Positions 46,836 to 56,176 are shown, counted from the first letter of the stretch. The stretch: DNA of 64,000 bases from Candidatus Woesebacteria bacterium RBG_13_46_13 (GCA_001791995.1 MGFR01000001.1:242638-306637); one strand, 5' to 3'. The notes: generated by a model from the sequence alone, not told the origin. Numbers and translations: made by a program.

Positions 46836-46970
46836 TATAATGCTCTTACTTAACTGATATTCCAGGGGTTGCCCCTGTTGCAAGTATCGTTAACTACAAG
46901 CTCTTTTACAAGGCAAGAGAGAAGATCCGTGTAAGTCAATCTCTCCCGACTCGGGAGGAAAGGAGTAGGA
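46836..46970 (+). promoter_or_regulatory. Unit 4 leader: -10, hairpin, boxA-like, 5' arm, SD
   Basis: TATAAT 46836; CAGGGG-TTG-CCCCTG 46863-46877; GCTCTTTTACAA 46900-46911; arm 46908-46922; GGAGGAAAGGAG before ATG. Confidence 0.8.
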
Positions 46971-46972
46971 AG

Positions 46973-48058
46973 ATGAACGCTTGGTCTAGAACCAAGGCCT
47001 TCCTGTCGAGAAGGGAGGCCCAGCGTGGCCAGGTGCTTATCATACTGGCCTTCGGGTTGGTGTTTTTGGCGGCCCTCGTCGGTCTGATGATCGATGTGGG
47101 TATCTACACTACCAACAACATCATTGCCCACAACAACGCAGCGGTTGGTTGTGTCACGGCTGCAGAGGCATACCGCAGAGGCGGAAGCGCATCAGGCGCA
47201 TTTGCCGATATTCTGCAGCAAAACGGGATGCAGCCGGCCACCTATTCTCCGAACGAAGGGACGGGTTTAACCCTCACCCGGGGTTTGGAGAATATGGGAG
47301 ACGGAAGCTGGCGGGCAGCTGTCACTTGGCAGCAGCCGACCGGTTTCTTGGGCATCGTGGGAATCCGCGAGATGACAATCCGCGGCAGATCCCGATGCGT
47401 TGGTCGCGACTCTGGGGGACTGGCACCGATTGCCGTTCGGCAAAGTGCCGTTGAGGATTCGCTCTACGGACTCCCCCCCGAGGAGTACAGCATCCTGGGA
47501 CGTGACCCTTCTTGGGATTTGGCGGACGTTGAGTCCGGTACCAACTTCCGGGGAGCGGTCTTTCTCCACATGTGGTGCGTGCCGTCGACTGATCCGAACT
47601 GCCCGAACATCCGCTATTTCTACCCACTGACCGAGGCACCTCCCACAGCCCAGACTCAAAAGAGGCTGGTGGAGGATTGCTTCAGGGGCATCAACTGCTC
47701 GATCTGGCCCGGGGTAGACCAACGCCTGCCAATCGTGGCGGGTACCTCCGACAACCAGATCTGCCATGCTTTTCAGGATGGCGGTTGGGAAGTCGGGGAC
47801 AAGGTGGTGGTCATCGTTTTCGACGGGGAGGTCTATGACCCCGATCCCACTTACGGCAACTGGGAGAATGTGGCCGTCGTGGGCTATGCGGTCTACGAGA
47901 TAACCCAATTTGAGCCGAATCCCAATAACTGCAACAACGTGATCGCTCGGCTCGCCTCGGACAGGATTTACGACAGCCTGGATGACATCCCGGCCGACGT
48001 GATCCTTTTGAGGTCTCGGGAAATCTCGTGGGACTACGGAGGATCAATCCCATGGTAG
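46973..48058 (+). CDS. Tad domain (TadG-like) pilus-associated protein
   Basis: RG|QVLIILAFGLVFLAALVGLMIDVG prepilin-like N-terminus; Cys-rich C-terminal domain. Confidence 0.8.
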   Translation: MNAWSRTKAFLSRREAQRGQVLIILAFGLVFLAALVGLMIDVGIYTTNNIIAHNNAAVGCVTAAEAYRRGGSASGAFADILQQNGMQPATYSPNEGTGLTLTRGLENMGDGSWRAAVTWQQPTGFLGIVGIREMTIRGRSRCVGRDSGGLAPIAVRQSAVEDSLYGLPPEEYSILGRDPSWDLADVESGTNFRGAVFLHMWCVPSTDPNCPNIRYFYPLTEAPPTAQTQKRLVEDCFRGINCSIWPGVDQRLPIVAGTSDNQICHAFQDGGWEVGDKVVVIVFDGEVYDPDPTYGNWENVAVVGYAVYEITQFEPNPNNCNNVIARLASDRIYDSLDDIPADVILLRSREISWDYGGSIPW

Positions 48059-48450
48059 CCAGAAGGAAGGACAAGGGACAGGGCCTGGTCGAGTTCGCCT
48101 TGATCGCCCCGATCCTGATACTGCTCCTGCTTTTGGCCATTGACCCCTTCTTCAAGGCGGTCAATATCGCCCTCGCCAAGTACTACACGTTTCAGGCCGC
48201 GCGGGAGGCGTCGATCTTTCTGGCTGACGGGACTCACTCCTGTGATTCCTGGGTCCGCTCACACGTGAGCGAACCTACTCTCCTGATGGGAACCGGCTGG
48301 ACACTTGAAATCGCACCGTGTCCTACCGACTCGTCTTGGAGTCAGGTCAGCGGGAGCACCGTCACTGCTACCTTCAACTGGGAGCAGTCCACCGTCTGGT
48401 GGGAAGGTCCTTGGACCGGAGCGATGGTGACCCGCGACGTCTTCCAGTGA
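48052..48450 (+). CDS. TadE-like minor pilin
   Basis: KG|QGLVEFALIAPILILLLL..AAREAS. Confidence 0.85.
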   Translation: MVARRKDKGQGLVEFALIAPILILLLLLAIDPFFKAVNIALAKYYTFQAAREASIFLADGTHSCDSWVRSHVSEPTLLMGTGWTLEIAPCPTDSSWSQVSGSTVTATFNWEQSTVWWEGPWTGAMVTRDVFQ

Positions 48451-48454
48451 GTCA

Positions 48455-48530
48455 GGAGGGTACCTGGTTAGCGACCTAATTGGTCAACAGGTACCCTCCG
48501 TACAATCTCTCTTGCCTTGTTAGTTTTTTT
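48455..48530 (+). terminator. Unit 4 hairpin, trailer arm and T tract
   Basis: GGAGGGTACCTG/CAGGTACCCTCC 12-bp stem; TCTCTCTTGCCTTGT (48506-48520) is the exact reverse complement of 46908-46922; then TAGTTTTTTT. Confidence 0.85.
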
Positions 48531-48534
48531 GAAG

Positions 48535-50217
48535 TTATTCTTCTCTGAGTTCCCGCGGACTATTTACTTCTTGAGACCTTTGTTCGATAAATTCAACAGG
48601 ATTAATATATCTGTTTCTTATCCATGTAGCATTTACCCCCGAGGGGGCGTAAGGTCTATGGCCCATATCGGTGTCCCAGGTGGCCCCATAGGCAATCGCC
48701 AAATGCAGATGGCTGTCGAGTTGTCCGCCCGAGGCGCCCATTGTGCCTATCACCTGGCCTTTTCGGGTAATTACCCCAACCCTGAGGTTAATATCGTTTA
48801 AGTGTCCGTAAAGACTGATTACCTCGCTGCCTTCGGGTAGTCGATGGCGGATGATGACGGTTTTACCCAGCCCATGGCCCGGAATTTCTTCTGCGTAAAT
48901 ACACTCGCCGTTGGCAACGGCCTTGATGGGTGTTCCCAAATCGGAATTGATTACTCCTTGAGGACCCGTATTAATATCTACACCTTCGTGATTTTCGGGA
49001 CTTAGATAGGTATTGCCCAATCTGATGTCTCCATCGATGGGCATTCTGAAAGAATCCGCAATCGGGATGGGTGCTCCTTCCCTAAAGGCCGCATCATAGA
49101 CTTCCCAGTATTTACTTCTTGCTTCCCAGTCGAATACTTCAACAGGGTACCCCCAGGTCGTTAAAACCAGATAGTCCCGGATGAATTTAAAATATCTTCT
49201 GGCTGCTTCTTTTTTATCTACCCCGTCCCTTTCGAAAGGTCCAAAAACAAGCTCCTTGGCAGCATTTTCCTCTTCGGTTAAGGCTTTAGCGCCCAATAAA
49301 AGCTTTAACTCGGCCAGATAGGCCCTGCCGGGATCTATTCTATCCAGTTGAACTTCGTAGTGACCCACAAGGTTAGTGGCGGGAATGCTGTCTCTTTTCA
49401 TAATGGCCCAGATAACGCTTAAGAGATTAGCCGTTTTTTGATTATCGGGATGGGTCTCCGAGTCGAAATCTCTACCGGTTACCTCTATTGCCCAGGAATA
49501 CCAGTTGGGGTCGGTGGAGCGGCGAAACCAGTCTTGGGCCGGAGAGATTACCCCTTGGGGAAATCCATTTTCCCTGCCCAGCCGATAAAGAGAGCTTAGG
49601 TAATGGTTAGCGCCCCTGTTGTATCCTTCGTAATCCAAGGGAATGGCGATGTGGGAGGCAAGAGTTGCGTCTCCCAACCTCGGGGTTTGCGTTTGGACAA
49701 TTGAGACAGGGCTTTCAAGTGTTGCCGGTGCCCCCGGGGGAATACTGCCGACCAGAAAATGGGCACTGGTTGTTGTTTCGTAGGATGTTCCTCCCAGGGT
49801 AGAGATATTTCTGCGTCCGTCAAAACCCCAAATATAATTTTGGATGGTGGTTTCGGGATCCGCCGAATCCGAAAACCAGTGCAGCACTATTGCCCTGGGC
49901 CTGTCCGTTCTTAACCTGTCGGCCTCACGATTTCTCCGCCGGCTCCATTCGGTGGGGAAAAACGGTGCTTGTCCGCGGATGGCCCCGTTTCTGCCCAAAA
50001 GAGACAGAAACCCGTCTTCGTTGATTAGGGTCGGTGGGGTTAACTCGATGATGCCCCTGGGGTATTCGGGGAGTCTATCCAGCGATAGAGTGGGCCATTC
50101 GCCCTCCGGAGGAAGGGATCGCAAGGATTCTGGAACAAAAGCAGATGCCGCAGTCAATCCGCTAAGTTTGAGAAAGTCCCTTCTTGATAATTTATCCAAA
50201 CCGTCTGTTTCCTTCAT
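48535..50217 (-). CDS. Twin-arginine-signal Amidase_2 plus M23 peptidoglycan hydrolase
   Basis: SRRDFLK; IVLHW, SAHFLV, AIEV, VGHYE..DPG; HEGVD, YGHL, HLHL. Confidence 0.88.
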   Translation of the reverse strand: MKETDGLDKLSRRDFLKLSGLTAASAFVPESLRSLPPEGEWPTLSLDRLPEYPRGIIELTPPTLINEDGFLSLLGRNGAIRGQAPFFPTEWSRRRNREADRLRTDRPRAIVLHWFSDSADPETTIQNYIWGFDGRRNISTLGGTSYETTTSAHFLVGSIPPGAPATLESPVSIVQTQTPRLGDATLASHIAIPLDYEGYNRGANHYLSSLYRLGRENGFPQGVISPAQDWFRRSTDPNWYSWAIEVTGRDFDSETHPDNQKTANLLSVIWAIMKRDSIPATNLVGHYEVQLDRIDPGRAYLAELKLLLGAKALTEEENAAKELVFGPFERDGVDKKEAARRYFKFIRDYLVLTTWGYPVEVFDWEARSKYWEVYDAAFREGAPIPIADSFRMPIDGDIRLGNTYLSPENHEGVDINTGPQGVINSDLGTPIKAVANGECIYAEEIPGHGLGKTVIIRHRLPEGSEVISLYGHLNDINLRVGVITRKGQVIGTMGASGGQLDSHLHLAIAYGATWDTDMGHRPYAPSGVNATWIRNRYINPVEFIEQRSQEVNSPRELREE

Positions 50218-50268
50218 CAAGAGTGTACTTTAAATGGTGAGAATTTTGAATACTTTAATAAAGTGAAG

Positions 50269-50345
50269 TGCTGGAGCAGGGATATCCTTGTGAGGATATT
50301 GTCATCTTGCGATGACCCCCTGCTCCAGCAAAGTGCTTCGTGTGC
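50269..50345 (-). terminator. Unit 5 trailer arm plus three-way-junction structure
   Basis: 13-bp stem 50269-50281/50318-50330 enclosing two hairpins; arm 50335-50345 pairs with 52013-52023. Confidence 0.8.
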
Positions 50346-50348
50346 TTG

Positions 50349-51971
50349 TTAGTTAGCCCTGACGTAGCCCATCCGCTCGAATTCCTCGATACGGGATTCC
50401 CCGACTTCGATGGGGATTTGGGTGGTTGGATGAATCATTTTCACCCTGCCCTCCGTATGCTCCGGATCGGGACTGTAGCGGATTCCCCTCATGGTTTCGG
50501 GCTGGCGTGGTCTGGTGGGCTCATCGACCTGGACGGGAACCTGTTCGGCTCCTATCCTTCTGGGGCGACCGCCCTTGGCGCGGAGCTTGTTGTCCTCCAC
50601 CTCCAGACGTTGGTTGACGCGTTGCTCGCGCTTGGCCATCGCCTCATCGATTGCATTGGTGACTTCGATGAGGTGGCTCCATTGGTAGGTAGCCCACAAG
50701 GCGGGGACTTCAGTCCCAAGCCTGACCAAAACGCTGTCCCAGTTGGGATCTTCGGGGAGACTGACCTGATAGCCATCCGTAAGTACGGTCTCTTTCTCTT
50801 TGAGATCCGCGACCCGTTTCTGCAGGGCCAGGATGACTTTCTGCCAGTTAACAAGTTCCCCGACGTCCTTGGCGGCGCTGTCCAGCTGCGCTCCGATTTC
50901 TCCGAGGACCAGATCCAGCTCGTCCCACTTGTGGACATCCGCCCACAAGACTGGAACATGCTGGGTGAGTACCCCCGAGACTTCGACAAGCGCATCCGGC
51001 TCGGAAGGCACTGCGCCTTCGACGAGCGAGTCGTTCAGGAACTGGACGAAGCGGTCCCTGGTGGAATCCAGCCTGGCCTCCAGTTTTGCAATGTCGGAAG
51101 CCTTCTTGATGAATCCGTGCTGGATATCCGCTGAGGCCTTCTCCACGAACTCGGCGATGACCTCGGGGTCGGTTCCTTGCTCCTTGGCCAGGGCAATCTG
51201 ACTCCTACACCAGACGATGTAGGGCCGTATCATGCCCAGCTTCAGAATTTTGGATCCGTCCCCAACCGGAGATTCGGAGAGCTCCAGAAGTCCAGGAATA
51301 TTCCTGGACTTAGCGAGAGCCCTATGGCTCCGCTCCTTGCGTACGAGGTAGCCGAGGGCATAGCGGAAAGCCTTTTCGGCACCCGCCAGCCTCTTCCACC
51401 GACGTGCACGTTCCAACTCCTCAGCCTTCTTGAGTTTCTCGTGCTCCTCGATGAGAACCGGGAGCTCGATTGGGGTAATCTTGCGACCGCCCCAAAACTG
51501 GTTGGGAGTTGTTGCGTACTCCAGTTTCTCAATGAGCTGTTTCTGCTCTCGGGCCAATGTTTCAGTTCTGGCCAAGAGCTTCTTCAAGCCCTTGATGGAG
51601 TACTGCGATATCTGCAGGAATCGGTCGGGGGCTTTATCCTCCTGATACCAGAAGGTTACCCACCAACCCCAGAAACCGCCGAGCCTCTCGGTCAGAGGCG
51701 GGGAGAGTTCCTGGTAAGCGTCGTACACGCTGGTGTAGAGCTTTTCGATTTCTCCGCAGATGTTGACTGCCTTTCCACCGACCCTGATGACGATGTCGCG
51801 GTAGTCGAAATAGAGCTTACCGGTCCACGTCCACTCCTCCTCGATGCTGTTCCAGAGCTCGGTAATCGCAAGCATCAACTTGCGCTTGTTTCTCCCGTGG
51901 ACAACCAGGAGGATTACCGAGAAAACCAGTAGGGCGACCATAATGCCACCCCGAATCCAAAGGCCGTTCAT
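50349..51971 (-). CDS. Hypothetical N-anchored long helical/coiled-coil protein
   Basis: 540 aa; single N-terminal TM then basic residues; AAGGAGG SD 5 nt upstream. Confidence 0.8.
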   Translation of the reverse strand: MNGLWIRGGIMVALLVFSVILLVVHGRNKRKLMLAITELWNSIEEEWTWTGKLYFDYRDIVIRVGGKAVNICGEIEKLYTSVYDAYQELSPPLTERLGGFWGWWVTFWYQEDKAPDRFLQISQYSIKGLKKLLARTETLAREQKQLIEKLEYATTPNQFWGGRKITPIELPVLIEEHEKLKKAEELERARRWKRLAGAEKAFRYALGYLVRKERSHRALAKSRNIPGLLELSESPVGDGSKILKLGMIRPYIVWCRSQIALAKEQGTDPEVIAEFVEKASADIQHGFIKKASDIAKLEARLDSTRDRFVQFLNDSLVEGAVPSEPDALVEVSGVLTQHVPVLWADVHKWDELDLVLGEIGAQLDSAAKDVGELVNWQKVILALQKRVADLKEKETVLTDGYQVSLPEDPNWDSVLVRLGTEVPALWATYQWSHLIEVTNAIDEAMAKREQRVNQRLEVEDNKLRAKGGRPRRIGAEQVPVQVDEPTRPRQPETMRGIRYSPDPEHTEGRVKMIHPTTQIPIEVGESRIEEFERMGYVRAN

Positions 51972-51976
51972 CGAAT

Positions 51977-52060
51977 CCTCCTTAGGCTGTTAGCCTGTGA
52001 TACCAGATTTTTGCACACAAAGCTGTTAAGGTGCGCCCTCTTCGGGCATACGGAATAATA
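51977..52060 (-). promoter_or_regulatory. Unit 5 leader: -10, boxB-like hairpin, boxA-like, 5' arm, SD
   Basis: TATTAT (52060-52055); GCCC-GAAGA-GGGC (52047-52035); GCACCTTAACAG (52034-52023); AAGGAGG (51983-51977). Confidence 0.78.
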
Positions 52061-52163
52061 CCTCCTCGCTGGTTAAAAATCAAATAATATAGGATGTAAG
52101 CTTGTTTTGGCGACTAGCTTTAGTTGCTTTCATTTGCTACCCTAAGAAAGAATAATTTCTGCC

Positions 52164-52904
52164 GTGATTCAATTTAAAAAAGTCAGCAAATCCTTCGGGA
52201 CAATCAAGGCTCTGGAAGAGGTCTCCTTTGAGGTCGGGAAAGGAGAGTTTGTCTATATCACCGGCCCCTCCGGAGCCGGCAAAACCACACTTCTGAAGCT
52301 TATCCTCAGGGAGTATCAACCCGACTCCGGGGAGATAGTCCTGGAGGGGGTAGATATCACCAAACTTTCCGATGAACAAATTCCAGAATACCGCCAAAAG
52401 ATAGGGGTGGTTTTCCAGGATTTTAAAGTCTTACCCGAAAGAACCGTCAGGGAAAACGTAGAGGTTTCTTTGGCTGTTATCGGAGTTGCCCAAGAGGCAT
52501 GGTCGGCCAGAGTCGGTCAGGTTTTAAAACTGGTGGGGCTGGCCGAAAGAGCCGATCTTTTTCCCAACCAACTTTCCGGAGGAGAAATCCAAAGGGTTTC
52601 TTTGGCACGGGCATTGGTGGTTAATCCGAAAATTATTCTCGCCGATGAACCGACCGGAAACTTGGACTGGGAAACGGCGGATTCAATGATGGAGCTTTTC
52701 GAGAAAATCAACAAAGAGGGGAAAACAATAATTATGGCGACCCACAACAAAGTAATCGTCGATAAATTCAAAAAAAGGGTGATTAAGCTCAAGGGCGGGA
52801 AGAACGTGGGCAAGGAAAAGGTTCACGAGCTGGAAAAAGAGCCCAAAAAAGAAGAAAATGAAAAAGGGGAAGGCAAGATGAAGGTTAAGGTGGAGGAAGT
52901 ATGA
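52164..52904 (+). CDS. ftsE: Cell division ATP-binding protein FtsE
   Basis: GPSGAGKTT, IGVVFQDF, LSGGEIQR, ADEPTGNLD; upstream of ftsX. Confidence 0.93.
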   Translation: MIQFKKVSKSFGTIKALEEVSFEVGKGEFVYITGPSGAGKTTLLKLILREYQPDSGEIVLEGVDITKLSDEQIPEYRQKIGVVFQDFKVLPERTVRENVEVSLAVIGVAQEAWSARVGQVLKLVGLAERADLFPNQLSGGEIQRVSLARALVVNPKIILADEPTGNLDWETADSMMELFEKINKEGKTIIMATHNKVIVDKFKKRVIKLKGGKNVGKEKVHELEKEPKKEENEKGEGKMKVKVEEV

Positions 52905-53815
52905 ATATCCATTTCAAAACCGCATTCGATTATATAAAAAGGGCTCCTTTTCAGGCCCTATCGGCCATCTCGGTTCTGACCCTGACCTTCTTCGTATCGA
53001 CAATGGTGGCAGTTCTGGCCTATTCATCCGGCAATCTCCTGAAGTATTTCGAGACCAGACCTCAGGTAATTGCCTTCCTTAAAAATGAAGTTACCCCCCA
53101 GGATGTTTCGGCGCTTCAAAACAAACTCACCGCGGATGAGCGGGTGAAAGAGGTCCGCTATGTTTCCAAAGAAGAAGCTCTAAACATTTACAAAGAGGCC
53201 ACATCAGATAACCCGCTATTATCGGAACTGGTCAGCCCGTCGATTTTCCCGGCGTCTTTGGAGTTTTCCTTGGCAAATTTAAGTTATGCGGAGGATATTA
53301 TTGCCCAGGTTAAAAAAGAATCTATTGTCGACCAGGTCGGTTTTACCGCCAGCCTTGGGGGAGAATCTACCCTTCAGGACGTTGTTTCCAGGCTCAAAAC
53401 CATCACCCTTTATGTCAGAATTGGGGGTATGGTTTTGGTCGGGATGCTGGGTGCCGTGTCGTTTCTGGTGCTTATCGTCATCATCGGCATGCGGATGGCA
53501 ACCCGCAAGGGGGAGATTGAAATACTGGATTTAATCGGGGCCACCCCGAAATTTATCCGGAGCCCGATTGTCATTGAAGCTCTGATTTATTCCTTTGCCG
53601 GGGTACTCTTGGGCTGGGCCATATCGTTTCTCTTTTGGCTCTACGTAACCCCCAATATCGTTGCCTACTTTGGGGAAATCCCGGTTCTGCCCAAAGGCAC
53701 TTGGGATTTTCTTATCCTGCTGGTAATTATTTTGGGGGCGGAGCTTTTGATTGGTTCTTTATTGGCGCTTTTGGGAAGCATGCTTGCGGTCTCCCGTGCC
53801 AAGAGAACCCGATGA
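52901..53815 (+). CDS. ftsX: Cell division permease FtsX
   Basis: YVSKEEAL, NPL..PASLE, EIEILDLIGAT..FIRSP..IEA. Confidence 0.92.
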   Translation: MNIHFKTAFDYIKRAPFQALSAISVLTLTFFVSTMVAVLAYSSGNLLKYFETRPQVIAFLKNEVTPQDVSALQNKLTADERVKEVRYVSKEEALNIYKEATSDNPLLSELVSPSIFPASLEFSLANLSYAEDIIAQVKKESIVDQVGFTASLGGESTLQDVVSRLKTITLYVRIGGMVLVGMLGAVSFLVLIVIIGMRMATRKGEIEILDLIGATPKFIRSPIVIEALIYSFAGVLLGWAISFLFWLYVTPNIVAYFGEIPVLPKGTWDFLILLVIILGAELLIGSLLALLGSMLAVSRAKRTR

Positions 53816-54939
53816 GAGAAACAGTAAAAAAAATTCTTCTTCTGGCCACAGTCTTTGCTCTCGTCTTCTTCGGTCTAAAAATTAGAAATGTCTTGGCCGA
53901 GGCCTGCGCAGACAAGACAAATCTCAACGACAGAATTAACTGCTACGAGGATGAGCTTTCCCGCCTTGGGGCGCAATCCAAAACTCTTTCTAACCAGATT
54001 GCCCAGTTCGATGCCCAGATAAAACTCACCACCCTTAAGATATCCCAGACAGAGGAAAAAATTTCTCTTCTGGGAGGAAGGATAGACCAGCTGGAAGGCT
54101 CTCTGGATGCTCTTTCGGCCGCATTTAGCTCAAGAGCGGTAGAAACCTACAAGATGGCCAGGGTCGGGGACCCGGTTTTACTTATCGTTTCGGCTCCGGA
54201 TTTGGGTGGAGCAATTTCGAGATTCCACTATTTGCAAAGAATCCAGGAGGCGGACAGGGATTTACTGCAAAAGCTTCAGACCGCCCAAGATACATATAAG
54301 GTAGAAAAGACCGACCAGGAGCAACTGCAGGATGAGCTTGAGAAACAGAAAGCCAACTTAGATGCGCAGAAGAAAGCAAAAAATGCACTTTTAGCCCAGA
54401 CCAAAAACGACGAAAAGAGATATCAGCAGCTTTTGAGTCAGGCCATTGCGGAGAAAGCAGCAGTTGAGCGGGCGCTGGTGTCCGGTGTCAAAGTTGGCCC
54501 GGTTAAAAGAGGCGATCCAATAGCTTTGGTAGGTAACTCCGGGTATCCGGGTTGCTCTACGGGAAAGCATTTACACTTTGAAATCCGAAAAAACAATACG
54601 TGGGTGGATCCGGGAGGCTATCTCTCCGGAAAAACCGTCATCGATGAACAAAACGGAGGAGGTAACGTCAGCTTGGGCTCGGGTAGCTGGCCTTGGCCAA
54701 TAGAAGATACGGTTCGCCTCACACAATTTTATGGGCATACTCCGTATTCTTGGAAGTATGCCTACTCGGGCGGGCTCCACACCGGATATGACATGGTTTC
54801 AACTTCAAGCGATGTAATAAGAGCTCCTGCGGACGGAACTCTCTTTAAGTCTGCACAATCCTGTGGCTCCAGTACAATAAACATCGCTTACATCGAGCAT
54901 GGGGATAATGTGGTTAGTCTTTATCTCCACGTCCAGTAA
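53812..54939 (+). CDS. EnvC/PcsB-like coiled coil plus circularly permuted M23 peptidase
   Basis: Signal, long coiled coil; GNSG..STGKHLHF comes before WP..TQ..HTGYD..APADG..YLH. Confidence 0.82.
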   Translation: MRETVKKILLLATVFALVFFGLKIRNVLAEACADKTNLNDRINCYEDELSRLGAQSKTLSNQIAQFDAQIKLTTLKISQTEEKISLLGGRIDQLEGSLDALSAAFSSRAVETYKMARVGDPVLLIVSAPDLGGAISRFHYLQRIQEADRDLLQKLQTAQDTYKVEKTDQEQLQDELEKQKANLDAQKKAKNALLAQTKNDEKRYQQLLSQAIAEKAAVERALVSGVKVGPVKRGDPIALVGNSGYPGCSTGKHLHFEIRKNNTWVDPGGYLSGKTVIDEQNGGGNVSLGSGSWPWPIEDTVRLTQFYGHTPYSWKYAYSGGLHTGYDMVSTSSDVIRAPADGTLFKSAQSCGSSTINIAYIEHGDNVVSLYLHVQ

Positions 54940-54942
54940 ATC

Positions 54943-55782
54943 ATGCCCAAAATCCTGTCGGCTGCAATAATATATATTGTTGCAGTTCTTCTTCTCTCGA
55001 CCTTCCCAATATCAGCAAAAGCGCAGGTGGTGATAAATGAGTTTAGTTCTGGAACCACTTCGGACTGGATAGAACTTTATAATGTTTCAACACAATCTGC
55101 CAATTTATCGACCTACATCCTTAAAGACTCGGGATCTAACGACAAAACTCTATCAGGGGATATTCCTCCTTCAGGTTTTGTGTCTTTCAATTTCAGCAAT
55201 TGGTTAAATAACGACGCGGATACGGTGCGGCTATTTAACGGCAGTGATTTGGTAAATTCTATTGCTTATGGAGGAGAAGGAAATGTTTGTAGTGCGGGGA
55301 GTGGTCAGTCAATAGGCAGATATCCTGACGGTAACAATACAGTGGAACGCTTTATTACTTCGACAAGAGATGCATCCAATAATAGTGTCACACTTGACCC
55401 CTGTCCTACTCCAACCCCGACTCCAACACCCACTCCCACGCCAACTGCTACTCCCACACCAACACCAACGCCGACACCAACCCCAACTCCAACTCCGACT
55501 AAAACTCCTACCCCAACTGCCAAGGCAACCGCAAAACCCACTGTTTCTGCAGATAAAGTGGATGAAGCCGAAGAAGTGGTTTTGGGATTAAGGAATGAGC
55601 TGGCGACGGAAACCCCCACACCGGCTTTGGTTGCATCCGAACAAAAGAAAAAATTCCCGATTGGCGCAGTAATTTTGATAATAGTGGGAACTGTGTTGGT
55701 GGCGGGATCCGGTTTTGTATTATTTAAGAAAATGAGGCAAGATATAAGTCAGAGCGGAGAAGATGTTAACCAAGATAATTAG
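54943..55782 (+). CDS. Lamin-tail-domain surface protein with PT linker and C-terminal TM
   Basis: VVINEF..DWIELYN..LNNDADTVRL..SIGRYPDG. Confidence 0.85.
   Translation: MPKILSAAIIYIVAVLLLSTFPISAKAQVVINEFSSGTTSDWIELYNVSTQSANLSTYILKDSGSNDKTLSGDIPPSGFVSFNFSNWLNNDADTVRLFNGSDLVNSIAYGGEGNVCSAGSGQSIGRYPDGNNTVERFITSTRDASNNSVTLDPCPTPTPTPTPTPTPTATPTPTPTPTPTPTPTPTKTPTPTAKATAKPTVSADKVDEAEEVVLGLRNELATETPTPALVASEQKKKFPIGAVILIIVGTVLVAGSGFVLFKKMRQDISQSGEDVNQDN
55405..55520 (+). repeat. Coding Pro-Thr dipeptide repeat
   Basis: (CCN ACN)n encoding PTPTPT.. with synonymous variation. Confidence 0.9.
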
Positions 55783-56176
55783 ATTTTGGGTTCCGGTAGT
55801 TGCTTGGGCTGTCCTTATTTTTACCTTCTCCTCGGAGGCGCTTCCGGCTACTTCCAGATTTTACTGGAAGGATTTTGTGGTAAAAAAAAGCGCCCACCTT
55901 ATCGAATATTCGGTTTTTGCCACCCTTATCTACCGGGCCTTTATCAATAGCGGAGTGGAGAAGAAGAAATCTGTTCTTTATGCTTTTCTTCTTGCGGTTT
56001 TTTACGGAGCGACCGATGAGTTCCATCAGTCTTTTACCCCAGGAAGGGAACCGACGCTAAGGGATTTATTTTTTGATACAATTGGGGCTGGTTTTGCGTC
56101 TTATTACATATGGAAGTTATTACCCAAAGCGCCGAAGAGACTAAAGATTTTGGCAGAAAAACTGCAGCTAACTTAA
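55763..56176 (+). CDS. VanZ family membrane protein
   Basis: KKSAHLIEY, DEFHQSFTPGR..DLFFDTIG. Confidence 0.9.
   Translation: MLTKIIRFWVPVVAWAVLIFTFSSEALPATSRFYWKDFVVKKSAHLIEYSVFATLIYRAFINSGVEKKKSVLYAFLLAVFYGATDEFHQSFTPGREPTLRDLFFDTIGAGFASYYIWKLLPKAPKRLKILAEKLQLT

Noticed and set aside
50340-51932. Long plus-strand ORFs (264, 251 aa) and similar shadow ORFs at 47267, 35615 and 29968
   Set aside because: Antisense to better-supported genes; expected in GC-richer coding sequence.
55405-55520. PT repeat as a DNA-level tandem repeat or contingency locus
   Set aside because: Third codon positions vary; it is an ordinary protein linker.
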